A stretch of DNA of 64,000 bases from Eledone cirrhosa (GCA_964016885.1 OZ024743.1:110484001-110548000); one strand, 5' to 3'. Positions 42,058-57,675 are shown, numbered from the stretch's first letter. Notes: generated from the letters alone by a model not told the origin. Translations and numbers: made by a program.

Positions 42058-42790
42058 ATATATATATATATACATATATATTTATTATTTTTCCCCATTA
42101 AATTACGTCCGTTATTTTCTTTTATATCAGCCTCTCTTTAAATTTGTTTAGGCTTTGTTTTGAAATCCATATCTGACATACACTTCAAATAAAATGTCAT
42201 TACGATGAACGATTTCAGACGTCTGCGTCGAGCCTTTCCGTCTACGTGAAAACTTTGGTAAATGGAATAATTGTCTTATGTTGTTTATTACATAACTAAA
42301 TAGCTTTGCAGCCTACATAGAGCACTCTCCTTTCCTTTACCTTTCCACACGGCTTCCATTCCTTGGAACATAACTTAACTACCGGCTCAATCCCGATCTA
42401 ATCCGCCGTGACCTTTCTCCGAACTTTACACACCTTCCCACACTTGGTCTTTCCTTCCACGCATTACCTCTGTTTGATTTTGTTACCATACTTGTTTTTT
42501 TCCGTATAAGATTTTTGCCTGTGTTCTTACAATTGTATTTCTATGATTTTTTGTTCACGGTTGCCTGTGTTTTTACCTTTATGATTTTTTGTTCACGATC
42601 GCCTGTGTTTTTTCCTTTATGATTTTTTGTCTTTAATTTTCCTGTGTTTACTCCCCCCTCCCTACGTTTTTCTGTTTCATTTTCCCTTCCCCGTCTCTGC
42701 CTATCCTTCGCACTCACCCCTTCGTTCACTCCACTCCGCTTCACACCCCTGCCCACTCATCCCTCCCCCTGCTTTCACCCAACGCCCATC

Positions 42791-45540
42791 ATGCCCAACC
42801 TGAGATCCTTTCTCCACCAACTATACAATCGCCTCAAACTTTTCCTCACCCCCCCCCCCCTCCCACCCTGCTATCTCCCCTCCGCCCTTCAACTCTCCTA
42901 CCTTCTCTTCGCCAAAACCCGGCACTCCAGCCACATCCATTTCCTCAGCCACTGCCTCCGCCTCAACCTTATCCCCCTCGGCTTCCGTCTACACTTCCAC
43001 CCCTCCCCCGCCGCTTCCCCCTCCACGCAACGTATCCTCACCCGATCCTCACGCCTCCTGATGCGCAACTCCATCCGCGCCTCCCGTTCCACCCTCCGCC
43101 TACTTGACCACCAACTGACCCCCACCCTCCTCCGCCTTTACTCCACCTGCCACCCCCTCCTCGCCCAAGCCATCCTCTCCTTCATCCATAACCTCAACCA
43201 CAACCTCTTCTCGTTCCTCAGCTCCACCAAAGCCCGCAAGCTACACTCACTCCTCCCCCCTCATCCACCACCACCCGCCCATCCCCATACGCCCACCACT
43301 CTCCACCTCTCCCTCGACCCCCCCTACCCAATCTCCAACCTCCACCTCACCCCACCCCCCAAACACCCAAACCCCACCCCTTGTTGTCACCATACCCCTG
43401 ACCTCCCCCTCTCCGCACCTGAGCGCTCACTCCTTAGTAGAGTCCTTCGCTTCATACCCCACACTCCGCACAGCGACGAGTTCCGCACCCGAACGGAAGT
43501 CGAGCGATTCGTGCGACGCACTAACCTACAGGCACATTTCGGCCGAACGCCACCGGCTCCGGACGCCCCAGACCCGTTTCTCGCCCTGGGCCGACGACCA
43601 TCTTCTTGGACGCCAGCCCCAGGGTAATTTAGCACCCTGGACGCCTTCGTCGAAGCCAGCCGTAGCGCAGTAAATCGTTTCGACTTCCGCCACCGTTCCA
43701 AACGGCACAATATCTCACGGGGCGAACTCTCCGCTCCCTCCGTAGCCGACATGACATCGTCATCGAACCGGCGGACAAGGGAGGCGCCGTAGTGGTATGG
43801 CGCGCGGACCTCTACACGGCCGAAGCCCTCAGGCAGCTCTGTAACCCCCTCTTTTACCGCCCTCTACCCTCCGATCCCACCCCCCTCTACCAACAACAAG
43901 TCTCCTCCACCATCAAAGACCTTATCGCCTCCTCCTTTCTCCCCCCCAAGCTTCCCACCTCATCGTCCGCACCCCCCGCACCCCCACCATCTACTTCCTC
44001 CCCAAACTCCACAAACCCGACAACCCCGGCCGCCCCATCGTCTCCGCTTGCAACTGCCCCACCGAACTCATCTCCGCATTTCTCGACTCCCTCCTCGCCC
44101 CCCTTGTCACTACCCTCCCCTCCCACATCTCCGACACCAACCACGCCCTGCGCCTTTTCGACTCCTTCACCTACCTACCCGGCCCACAGCCCTTCCTCTT
44201 CACCCTAGACATCAAGTCCCTCTATACAGTCATCCCCCACGCCGACGGCCTTCGCGCCCTCAAACACTACCTCGACCTTCGCCCCTTCCCCATTCCCTCC
44301 ACCCCAAACTCCTTCGCCTCGCCGAGCTGGTCCTCACCCTAAATTGTTTCTCCTTCTCGGGCGAGTTTTACCAACAGGTCACGGGGGTAGCCATGGGCAC
44401 AAGAATGGGCCCGAACTATGCCAACCTTTTTGTTGGCCATGTTGATGCTCACATATTTGCCCAGTACACCGGCCCCACGCCCGAACTGTACGGTCGTTAC
44501 ATTGACGACTCTATCGGAACCACGACCCTCACCCGAGAACAGCTCGACTCCTTTCTCTCCTTCTTCTGCTCCTTCCACTCTTCCCTCCACTTGACCACCT
44601 CTATCTCCACCACCCACGTCCACTTCTTAGACATCTCCATCGCCTTCGGCCCCTCTCACCACTCCCTCGTCACCTCCGCCTTCTTCAAACCCGCCGACTC
44701 CCACTCTTACCTCGACTTCACCTCTTCCCACCCCACCCACACTAAACACTCCATTCCCTACTCCCAACTTATCAGGATCCGCCGCCTCTGTAGCCGTGAT
44801 GCTGACTTCGAGTCCCAGGCCCTAGTCAGCCAATTCATTTCCCTAGTCAGCCAATTCATCCGCAGAGGTTACCCCCCCTCTCTCGTCTACACCGCTCTCA
44901 CCCGCGCCCGTGCTGTCCCCCGCTCCACCACCCTCACCCCACGCCACCGCACACCCACCCACCGTCTCCCCTTCCCCATCACCTACCACCCCTCCACCTT
45001 ACCCCTCCACCGCACCATTAGCCGCCTCTACCGACGCCTCTAGTCCGACCCCTCCACCTCCCACCCCCCCTTCAAACGCGCACGCAATCTCCGCACCCTC
45101 CTCGTCCACAGCTCCCTACCCCCCAACCCAGGCTCTCTTCCTCCCCCCGGTTCCTTTCCCTGTTCTAGGCCCCGCTGCAACACCTGTCCCCACATCATCA
45201 ACACCACCACCTTCCAGGGTCCCAACGGCCACTCTCTCTCGGTCCGGCATGCCTTCCGCTGCACCTCCTCCAACCTAGTCTACGACTTATGTCGGACAGA
45301 CGGGACGTCGCCTGGCAGACCGAGTCACGGAGCACCTCCGGGATATTCGTCTCGGGGGCAGTTCCCCCATCGCCCGCCACTTTGGTGGCCCTGGACACTC
45401 CGCACGCCATCTCACAGTCTGTGTCCTACTCCAGTGCCACGGAACACCCGTCCATCGCCTTACGTTCGAACAACGAACTATCTTCATCTTACAGACCCAC
45501 ACTCCCCCCGGCCTGAACTCCCCACCCTTATTCCTTTAGC
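42791..45540 (+). pseudogene. PLE polyprotein (N-terminal domain, RT, GIY-YIG), frameshifted
   Basis: PADKGGAVVVWRADLY, PKLHKP..PGRPIVS, LDIKSLYT, GVAMGTRMGPNYANLF, RYIDD, SIPYSQLIRIRRLCS, CSRPRCNTC, NLVY..YVGQTGRRLADRVTEH and PGLN, spread over several frames. Confidence 0.9.
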
Positions 45541-47035
45541 GTTCTACCGCACCCCTCCCCCCACGCTCATCCCCCACTAACACCACTAACACACCCCTCC
45601 TTTTCACCGCCCACCCCACACTAACAACACTAACACCTCCACTCCACCCCTCATCTGACCACCCTTCCCCAACTAACATACTAACATCGCTTCCCTCCCC
45701 TCTTCTCCTCTTCCCCCTCCTTATCACACGCACACCCCCACCGGCACATATATACACGCGCTCACACACCCTACTACCAACACTAACCCTCACCCACACA
45801 CCTCTCACTCCCACACGTACATCCCACCATCCCGCAACTAACCTCACTAACACCCCCTAACCCCAAGCACACGAACACACGCACCCACTTACACCACCCA
45901 ACCCACACGCAACTAACATCACTAACACCCCCCAACCCCACGCACACGTACCCACACACCCTCGTACACCAACAACTCTACACACCCTACCACCAATAAC
46001 CCCCACTCACACCTGCATTCAACCCCTCCCCACCTCCCGTATACTAACACCCACTAACACCTCTTCATCAAACTACACACACACCAGTACACCACACTCC
46101 CTCCATAGAACCACACACACCCTTCTCTCCCCCCGCATCATCCACACCCTCGCTCCACACTCACTCATCCCACACACCTCTACTAATACACCCCCCCCTC
46201 CTCACTCCCACTTTTACGCCTACCCATCCTCGCCCCCTTACCATTCCACCGCCTGCTGCTATGCCCTCTGACAACCTCCCAGCACTAACAGACCACAGCA
46301 CTCCCACTGCTGACCACTTCCTGTTGCGCGCGCACCCCACATCTCTCCTATTCCGACCACCGCTTCATGGATTACCCACACGCAGAAATTGACTTACAAT
46401 CAATCCACTAAACATCCTTGAACTTTACCAACTTTTCAACCATCCTCTTACGTAATCACCTATATAACTCACTCACACACACACCCCAACATTTTTTTTT
46501 CTCCACACGCCACCCACACCCACAACACGCTTAAACCCCACACACGTGCTTTCCACCACATATTTACACCCTCAGCCTCCTGATTCCTCTCCCCCACCCC
46601 CATATCCGAACACGCACAGACACTCCGTCCCACAAAAACACCCCCCACACACACACCTCTTCCTGAACATGCAACCCCGTTCTTCCCCCAACCCTTACTT
46701 TCACATACACACACACACACACACGCACACCTACACACACACACCACCTTCAGCCCTCCCCGCTCGGACATCCCTTCTCCCTCTCCCCACTCCACCCGCC
46801 ACCACCTCTACTCACCCCACACCCTTCCACCACCTGTTTACCCCCCTTTTAATTTCAGTTTATTTTGATCATGCCTTTATTTTTAAATTTATCTCATTCC
46901 TTGTATTTTGATCATGCTTTATTTTTATTTTTATCTTTATTTGTTATTTTTTCATTCGCACCGTTTCCTTTCGCTATATGTCTCTCCACCACTCCCCTAC
47001 ACAACTTTTGAACTCTGTTCCCACACACTTCTCAC

Positions 47036-47066
47036 CTGAGGAAGGGCTTATGCCCGAAACGTCGTC
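47036..47066 (+). ncRNA. Minimal hammerhead core of Neptune-like PLE
   Basis: CTGAGGA-a gggc ttat gccc-GAAA-cgtcg-TC. An adjacent stem I is not obvious. Confidence 0.6.
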
Positions 47067-47130
47067 CCCCACCTACACCCCACTCTCCTGAGCGTGAAAT
47101 TAATAAACATTGTACTGCAACCAAAAATAC

Positions 47131-47726
<596 letters not shown>

Positions 47727-48463
47727 AACAAAATATGCTCAAAACGAATGCAATAAAATTTCAATAAAAAATTAAGATGGAAAAAGACGAACAAGTAAGA
47801 AGAAAGGAAATGGAAAATCAACCATATCCGTATGACAGACGTAGCATTACCGGCAGAATTTACCAAAGACCATACAATAAATATTTATGCGAACACTTTA
47901 ATCAATGAACGATAACAACAGGCTCTACAGCTCCCACCGAAATTTGCTATCTACAAAAAGGTAAATCCAATCGAGTATAAAACGGAGCTTGTAAAGTGTT
48001 TCACAAAAATACGTTGGAATGCGAAAATAAACAACAGAACAAAAATAACCACAGTAGTAATCTATATATATATAACTGTTGTTGTTGTGTGTATGTGTGT
48101 GTGTGTGTATCCTCATTTTTGCAAAGTCTATACAAATCCACATTTCTACTCCGATTGTCTTCAAACTTACATTTATATATTCCTTGCAGTCTAAAGATAC
48201 TAACTGCAGCTTTTATTTTTAAATTTTCTGTTGTTAAAGGGATGTTAGGCGCCGGTTATCGATCTTAGTCGAGCCCTCATAATATCTGTCTGTATGTCTG
48301 ATGTCTGCATAACGACATTCTGACGAACAAGTCATTACTGACGTATTATCTTCGCTACATTCTACACACACACACATATATATACATATATACTTATATA
48401 TACATATATACTTATATATACATATATACTTATATATACATATATACATATATACACATATAT

Positions 48464-48538
<75 letters not shown>

Positions 48539-48622
48539 CAAACACATATACACATATGTAGATATACACATATACACATATAAATATACACATAAAATAT
48601 ATGTATATATACACACACCCAC

Positions 48623-48660
<38 letters not shown>

Positions 48661-48679
48661 TTATCTGTGTATATATATA

Positions 48680-51270
48680 TTGACGAACTTCGTTGGAATT
48701 TTCATCTTGAACTCTGTAAATCGGAAAATTCCTCAATTTCGCGGTGGAATTTATCATGACGATGCCCTTTTTACTGTCTTAAACTGTAACTTAGTAAACC
48801 TTAATATTTTCAAGAATACTTGATCTATTTAAGCACCATAACCTTAACGACGTTAAATTAAATTTGAGAACAACGTTAAATTAAATTTGAGAACAACGTT
48901 AAATTAGCTAACTTCCTGGATATATCCATTAATCTAGACACCGGCCTATATTACCCTTACTATAAAGATAATGAGAATCTGAATTATGTTAATTATGAAT
49001 CAAACCACCCTATTAATGTTAAGAATGCTATAGTCGGAAATATTGAAAAAAGAATCTCTAATCTATCTTCTAATAAACTTATCTTTGAAGCTAAAGCCAA
49101 TTATTATAATAATGCGCTTTCCAGAGCTGGTTACCCAAACATAATTAAATACAATAATGAAACCAATCATGGCAGAACCTATAGTAACACGGCTAGTTAT
49201 AAGCATTCCAATAGCATAAAGAGGAGACCTAGATATAAAAAATATTATTTGGTACAACGCTCCTTTTTCTCTTTCTATTATTAGTAATATTCCTAAACCA
49301 TTGTTTATGTCGCTAGCTAATTGCTTCCCTCCTTCACATATTTATAGTAAGATCTTTAATAAGCATACAATTAAATTCTCTTATTCCACCATTTCCAACA
49401 TCTCTAACATTATCTCTAAACATAATACTAAAATATTAAATAATTAATCATATCCATCCAACCCTGAGCGTCATAGTAATAACAACATCAGGCCCGACGT
49501 CAATGTAAACTCTAGGCAAGTCTCCTTAAATACAAATACGACGTCAAACGTAATTTCCTAATATTAATCTAAATCAGGAAACATTAGCACCTCTTGTAGG
49601 TAATTTCTCCAAATCAATTCCTTCTATAAATAACCCTGCGCCACTTGCAAATAACTCTATTAATAACATTAATCGTAAATGCAATTGCCTTAAATGTCCT
49701 CTTAATAATCAATGTCTCGACAAGAATTTAGTATACGAATGTAAGATGATAACTAGCACCAATTATTACACCTACTTTGGATCTACTTCCACTTCCTTTA
49801 AGCCGAGACTATATAACCAGTCTTCATCTTTTAAATACCCACTTAAAAGAACAAACACTGCTCTCTCAGAATTCATCTGGTCCTTAAAAGACAAAAACAT
49901 TAATTACAAAATTTCTTGGAGAAAAATTTGCAATGCTTCTCCCTATGTTACTGCTTCCCTATCCAGAACTTGTAATTTATGCCTAGCGGGAAAATTTACC
50001 ATTATCTCTAATTTTAATTCTATAATAAATAGACGAACACATTTATTTTCGCTTTGTATCCATAAATCGCTTAGGTCATTTCACAAAGTATATAGCTAAT
50101 TCTTTCCCTATAATTAGGATTAAAATCTTTTTCTATCACAAATATATTCCTTTTACATACATACCCCTTTTTCTACCATATTTTAGTGCATTCTACAAAA
50201 GTTCATTCATACTATAACATTTTTGGTCCTCTAATTGTATAAATTGTTTAATTTCTTTTAATAATGTTTTTGTAATTTTTAAACCTTTTAATTCACTATC
50301 GATCATTTCTTCTTGGCGAAACAAAATATTTTCTTTTCAATAGTTCATCTTTAGATCATTTTTTCTCAAAATTACTATTTAGTAGCTATATCTCCCGATT
50401 TTTTACTTCAAATCTATTAGGTGAATTGTGTAAACACATTTTTTGACCTTATGTTTTTTCTTCCTCGTATTTTTTCGTTTTTCTCTCTTTCTATGCTTGT
50501 ATAAACTTAAATAATTACTTTTTATATTACATTCTATTGAAACAAACTAGACCCTATATCGTATTCTATACTTATAAATAATCTAACTTTATTTTCATTC
50601 ACCTTATCTTATTTCACTTTATTTTATATTAATAATACTTTTTTAATAAATCCTTCACTATTTAAACCCTAAATAAATAGTATAATTAATTTCTATATCT
50701 GTAATCATAAGCATCATCATGCTTAAACCTCATTAACGTTTAAATTTAAAATCTTATTAATTTATTTAATTTATTTATGAATTTTACAACCGTTTTTTTT
50801 CAGTCATTTCTCTGTGTGAGACAGCGTTTCTGAATTTAAATGTTTATCTCCCTCTCTCTTTTCTCTCCTCTCCCTTTCTCTCTCCTTCCTCCATCTTATA
50901 ATCTTCCTCCGTTATCCTTTCCTTCTTTTTCTTTTCGTTTCTTCATCTTCCTTACCCTTCTCCCCTTCCTTTCCGTTTTCCAATCTCCTATATTCTTTTA
51001 AATTTATTTATCATAAGTTGTTTAGACACTACCTTGCTCACAAGTGTCTTTTTTAAGCTTCATATCATGTCTCCCTATTGTATCGGATGAGAACGCAAAT
51101 ATCGTCCCTGGATGATATTTGTTTTTGAAATGCGCCTAATAAAATACATGGAACTTTTTTAACCATCTTTTCATTTATTTTATATATACTCCAGTCCAAT
51201 AAACTGTCGAGTGCTACTTATCCGATATTTGCATTGCTTTATTGTGCTACAATAAAACTCACCTCCTACA
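48680..51270 (+). mobile_element. 5'-truncated Naiad-like PLE (pseudogenised)
   Basis: NFVGIFIL...GIYHDDAL, NFLDI, SNHP, RISNLSS, IWYNAPFS, KIFNKHTIKFSYS, CNC..CPL, YFGST..FKPR, LSEFIWSLK and CNLCL. A decayed hammerhead at ~51076-51146 reads CGGATGA...GAAA. (TA)n lies at both ends. Confidence 0.85.
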
Positions 51271-51288
51271 TGTATATATATCTATATC

Positions 51289-51530
<242 letters not shown>

Positions 51531-51559
51531 TACATGTATATATATATATATATATATAG

Positions 51560-51591
<32 letters not shown>

Positions 51592-51921
51592 ATGCATGTA
51601 TATATATATATATATATACAGATACATTGTAGATCGCTTTAACTCGCCTTTTTTATTATTCAAAATAATTCTTGCCAATAAACATTAACCCTTTGTACGC
51701 CATTCATCTAACTTTAGACCAACACATTCCAAATAAATGGAGTATTGACAAGAACGATGGCGAATGAATCTTCTAGGTAAGCAGTTTCCTCGCGAGCTGT
51801 TAGTTCACAAGGGATTCTCTACTACACCTTTTCTTAATAATACCTACCAACGTTTGCTGGTCACTCCTTCCTCCAAAAGCAGTACAGAGCATCTCTCTCT
51901 CACTCTCTCTCTCTCTCTCTT

Positions 51922-51988
<67 letters not shown>

Positions 51989-52524
51989 ATATATACATAT
52001 ATATATATATTTGTTATGAGAACATATTAAAGTTTAAGTGAAGAATCGCTGCTTTCCAGATTAACCGGATATTCTGGAACTAAAAAAATTAATCTGTGAA
52101 CGCAGAAGTAAATATTTCGAGAAACGTTGCAACCGAAGGAAGACTATATTTTTGTTAGTGAAGCCGTTGTTTGGTAATGAACGGAAAAAAAGCAAGCAAG
52201 GATAATACGTCGTTATGTGGATCGAGAAGTACAATTTCATGCAAAGACAAGACCAATTTTATGGTATAAATGGAGTCGTTAGACTAATATTCTGATTAAA
52301 ATTACCGAATGATTTCCAGCCTCGGAGTTTAAGAATGATGTAAATAAAATTGAAAACGAAAATGACAGAGGTTATTAAAAGACTAAATGTAAATAGTGAA
52401 GATTTAGGCCAGTGCATACGTATACGCCGACGGATATACACATACATATACATACGCACACACAAACACACACAAGCACACACGCACGCACGCGTGTGTG
52501 TAAACCTTATGCATTTCTACAGTC

Positions 52525-52932
52525 ATTACACCAAACTTAAGAAATAGGTTACTTACGTACTCCAGATGGTCATGGGCACTTTCATTTTTTCAGATATTGA
52601 TTATAGGGCCTCCCGGCAGATAACCCCCTTCAACTATTTCCTCGGAATCGACTGAAGAACTGCAGTGCAATGCAACAAAACGTCATTACTTCTGGAGTTC
52701 GCAACCGATTTTCGCAAAACTTGACACATGGGCTACGTTTGATCTACAGATGAATGTGAAATCGAAGAATTGGCACATATTGAGTAGGGGGACCCTGATG
52801 GCAGGAACCCTCTTTTGTAAAAAGCCGATGATTTTGTAAAAGTATTGTTTTCGAAGCAGCACTGAAGTATTGACATAAATGGTATACATAACTGTTATTT
52901 AATACCCGAGCAACGCCGGGTACCTCTGCTAG
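52525..52932 (+). mobile_element. Non-autonomous Helitron-like element (5' boundary uncertain)
   Basis: Subterminal hairpin tacccg-agcaacgc-cgggta (52903-52922), then CTAG|T at 52929-52933. Confidence 0.65.
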
Positions 52933-53199
52933 TAATATAAATAATACGAGTAACAATAACAACAACCACAGAAGCAATAATGGAAATAATACGAGTAGCA
53001 ACATTAATGATAGACACACAAACAAAAACAAGAAACAAAAACAGGAAACAATAATAAAAGTAACAACCACAATGGTACAAATAACAGTAACAACAACAAT
53101 AACAATAGAGAAAACAACAACAATACATCTAACAATCATAAAATAATAATAATGTTAATGGTAGGAACAACAACGAGCATAATAAAAATAATAGCAACA

Positions 53200-55000
53200 C
53201 ACACAACTATGACGAAACATATAATTACAACCCCTTAGAGAAACTATTCTTCAAATCAGCTGACAAAACATAAGATGAATAACATTTATCCTGCGAGCTT
53301 ACCCTTTAATAAAAGGGTTTGTATACCATAACAAATATATGCTGAGACAGAGGTACAGTTCACCATAGCTAGAAATAAGTTTAGACAAATAGTAGACCGA
53401 TATACTAAGAGACAAAGAAGACAAGTGGTCCAACAACTTGGAAGAAAACCTGTAGAAAGTTTACTTAGCCTCAAGCAGCGCACAAGGGATGGTGAGGTAG
53501 TGTGTCTACCCACAGATAAATCTGGTAGGATGTCAATAGATAGCATGCCGAACTACATCAAGGTTATGCAACCCCACATCACCAACACGAGCGAAATTAC
53601 ACAACAAACACACGGGGGGAGAGAGAAGATCCTTAACGATCACATGGTGATGTGGACCGACATCCTAAAGCCAAGCAGACGCACTGCCAACAACATGCAA
53701 GCGTATAACAATGACATACCACCCTTCTATGACTTCCGCAAAGACCATAAGACAGTCAACGACCCGACGACAGGACCATCAACAAAACCTGTATGCGGAG
53801 TCAATATCGCTAGCAACTACAGGATCTCCTACTTCCTCTCAATGGTTATAAGCACCATAATCAAGGTGTCCCCAGATGTATGTGAAAGTACAGAGGAACT
53901 CCTCAGCAAAATCAATGAATGCAACAAAAACAAAAAACCTATCTAATTGCATAATAGGCAGTATGGACTGCTATCATTATACCCATCCATTAACATTGAT
54001 TTTGCTGTGGAAAATGTGTAGAGATGTTCATTGAGAGTGAGGTGGAGATCTGCGACGTCGTCACAGATGAACTGGGTCTTTTACGTAGACTTACCTATCA
54101 CACCGACTACCTAGAGAGCCATGACGTTAGCCGTTTCTGCCCAGTAGACCCATAAGAGGTAGACGCCCCACCATCACCTCAATGGCAAAAAGGCTCCCTT
54201 GAGAAAGTGGATTGGTGGATTGGGTGGACAAAAGCCATACAGACCCCCCAAAACAATGATCAGGTAAGAAAAATGGTCGCGCATGCAATAGGGGCTAGTA
54301 TCAAAACTACCCTAACGAAACGATCTACACCCAAAATGAGGGAGCAGCCATTGGCGTCAGCATAGCTGGTGACTTTGCCAGTCTTTTTATGGTATGGTGG
54401 GAAAGGAGACTCAAGGATATATGTGATGAGAGTTTCATAGACCTCATCATGTACTCTCGTTACGTAGACGATATCAATATAGTAATAAGATCCCCCCCCC
54501 CCCGCCCACAGGAGAGTTCTAACAAGTCTGATTTAGAATGTAGCACACTGGAAAGCATCCAGAAGATAGCTAACTCCATACACCAGAGTAAAACTGTAAC
54601 TATCGACTACACTTCCAAACACCCTAACAATGGACTACCTGTATTAGACACGGAACTCTGGATTAACACTATAGACGAGAGGGCCCAAATCCTCCACCCA
54701 CATTACACTAAACCCATGTCCTCCAAATACCTGATACACAAAATCTCAGCAATATCCAGTAGTGCTAAGTTTAATATTCTGATCGGAGACTTGGTACGAG
54801 TGATGAAGAATGAGGCCCGCATGTTCGACCGAACAGAAATGGAAAGAGACATCCAACAACTCATCAACCGCATGCAATTCTCTGGCTACAACCAAAAAGA
54901 CAGAATCAGAGTATACAAAGCAGCAACGGAGAAGTATAAGACCCTCATATAACTGGACATGAAAGGAATTTGCCCATTATACGGGAGAAAATCATGGTCT
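53200..55000 (+). pseudogene. PLE RT pseudogene ('MVWW' type, related to 5086-6297), lacking the endonuclease
   Basis: PTDKSGR, RKDHK..GP.TKPVCG, CESTEELL, GSMD..SLYPSI, GAAIGVSIAGD, MVWWE, RYVDD and MQFSGYNQKDRIRVYK. It has frameshifts and is truncated at a hairpin near 54985. Confidence 0.9.
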
Positions 55001-55053
55001 ATTTATTGATATTGGATTTTAAAATCCAATATCGATAAATAGACCAGGATTTT

Positions 55054-55113
55054 TTTCATTCTGATGATTGAAAGCAACATTTTTTGCTTTTAAGAAACCA
55101 CTTGTAAATGGAA
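55054..55113 (+). ncRNA. Type I hammerhead
   Basis: tttcatt-CTGATGA-ttgaaagcaa...ttgcttttaa-GAAA-ccacttg-TA-aatggaa. Its downstream flank matches 42258-42327. Confidence 0.75.
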
Positions 55114-55209
55114 TAATTGCCTGTTGTTGTTTATTACATAACTATTAAGCTCTGTTACCTACATAGAGCACTCTTTTGTCCTGGACTTTTCCGACGGAAT
55201 TACTTCATT

Positions 55210-55328
<119 letters not shown>

Positions 55329-55336
55329 TATATATA

Positions 55337-55382
<46 letters not shown>

Positions 55383-55414
55383 CATATATATATATATGTG
55401 TATATATATATATA

Positions 55415-55470
<56 letters not shown>

Positions 55471-55986
55471 CGGTAAACGTGCTGACTAAAAGTTGTTGTG
55501 TATGCAACGCACCGGTCAGTAAATAATGATGCAGTTTTTTATCAAGCATTCAACGTCATGTTTTTCCTTCCAAATAAGAATTGTCAGTTGGTGACCTTGA
55601 CATCTCACCGGCTATGGTAAGGATGGTTCGATATGTGAGAGAGGCTTTATCTATGGCGGCATAGAATTGGGTGGTAATCGGATGGTCAGCTAGTCATCAA
55701 TTCTGCGCCTTCTTAAAACTCGGGTGTTGGTGTGGGGGTTGATTAACGTTCACAAGGGAACGGACACCAGCTATGAAAAGATCATTTTTGTCCGTTCTCT
55801 TGTATTTTTTCTTTAATTTGGATTACTTCGAAATCATAACCTTATTACATAACAATGGTTTCTGATGAGATCGCGTGACATCTTACATGATTGAACAATC
55901 ACGTAACCACGATCGTCATTGAAATATGTTTCAGAGATTTGTTAAAGAGGACGCAGTAACATCCACACCGAAATTCACATTTTTCT

Positions 55987-56129
<143 letters not shown>

Positions 56130-56261
56130 GGTCTATATGTGTGGGTCTATATATATATGTATACAGTGGAAACAATTTCCTTGGTTCGATTTGACGAGCT
56201 CCACACAACTCGTTCAGCGAATTATTTCAGGGATCTTGTCGATCGTCAATCGAACATCGCC

Positions 56262-56319
<58 letters not shown>

Positions 56320-56697
56320 TTTTATATTCGATGAGATTGACATATTTAATAAATTTCATTATTTCGTTATGAAATTTGCATTTCAGACCTTGCACATCAG
56401 ACTCACGCGAAAATATTGAAGAATATCTAGAGAAGGGGATTCTTTCAGATGAGGATAATGCTGCCATCACTTCTAATTTGACAAGACTGTCATAAGAGAG
56501 GGGGGATATCAAGTGGTATTACAGATTGCATTTCCATACACTTACGAATATATATTCATCATATAACCAATATAATTTTCAAGTTTATCAAGAATACATT
56601 ATAAACATTATCACTCCCTCCACCAAAAACGAATATGAATAAAAAATAAAGAATCTATGAGAATAAAAGTAGTTCAACGCAATCTCTCTTTCTTCCC

Positions 56698-56762
<65 letters not shown>

Positions 56763-57233
56763 TATATGTCTCTGTGTGTGTATGTATGTGTGTGTGTGTG
56801 AGTGTGTGTATGAGTGCATGTGTGTGTGTGTATATGAGTGTATGTGTGTGTGTGGGTGTGTGCTATCGTATGTTAAGAATATCCAAATTGTATTTTTTAT
56901 CACTCCATTATCTACAGGCAATTCTTGTAAATCTTATTTCATGCTTGTTATTTAACGTTATCGTCTTTCCATATTCTCCTAATTCATCTTATATTTATGT
57001 ATATGTGCATATTAATTATTTTCTTCTTACTTCCAAAATTCTACTCATATTTCTATTCTTATAAACTGTATTTTATTTACTTCAAGAGACTTTAATTGAT
57101 AAAGCTTTTCTACATCATATTTCCATTTTCATTCAGTTAATACCTTTGTTATCATCTTTCTACATATAATTATACACAAGCACACACTCATTTACTCACA
57201 TGCACAACCTCTTACACACTCAGGCACACAAAT

Positions 57234-57290
<57 letters not shown>

Positions 57291-57675
57291 TGTGTGTATA
57301 TGTAAATATATATGTATGTGTGTGTAGGTGCATATTTTTGTGTGCATGATTCCGGGTGCTAAGTATGCTGGAGAAAATATAAGGTATTTTTGACAATGAA
57401 ATTTTGTTATTTTAATGGAATCATGTTATGTCGCATAAAAAGCATAACATATCATGTCACTGATTTATACTTATAAATCTGCTAAAAAATATCTCATTCC
57501 AACGTGTTTAATACCATTATTTAATTTGATGTTTCTGGACACATTATCGAAATCAACTCAAGCAAGATTGAAATTCTATATTTCAGTAAATGCAGCCAAA
57601 CGATATGAACAATTTATTTAGGTGTCTAAAATATGCGGATGATTTGCTGGCGTGCAGTAATATAAAAAGTGTTTA

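Larger units (their letters stand above)
42340..47130 (+). mobile_element. Near full-length Neptune-like Penelope element, extremely C-rich
   Basis: Disrupted RT-GIY-YIG ORF, a 1.5-kb C/A-rich 3' UTR, a hammerhead core at 47036-47066 and AATAAA at ~47102. Confidence 0.85.

Noticed and set aside
55855-55940. ctgatga-[long hairpin]-gtcatt-gaaa as a hammerhead
   Set aside because: Six unpaired bases precede GAAA and stem I is unconvincing. It may be a decayed copy but cannot be supported.
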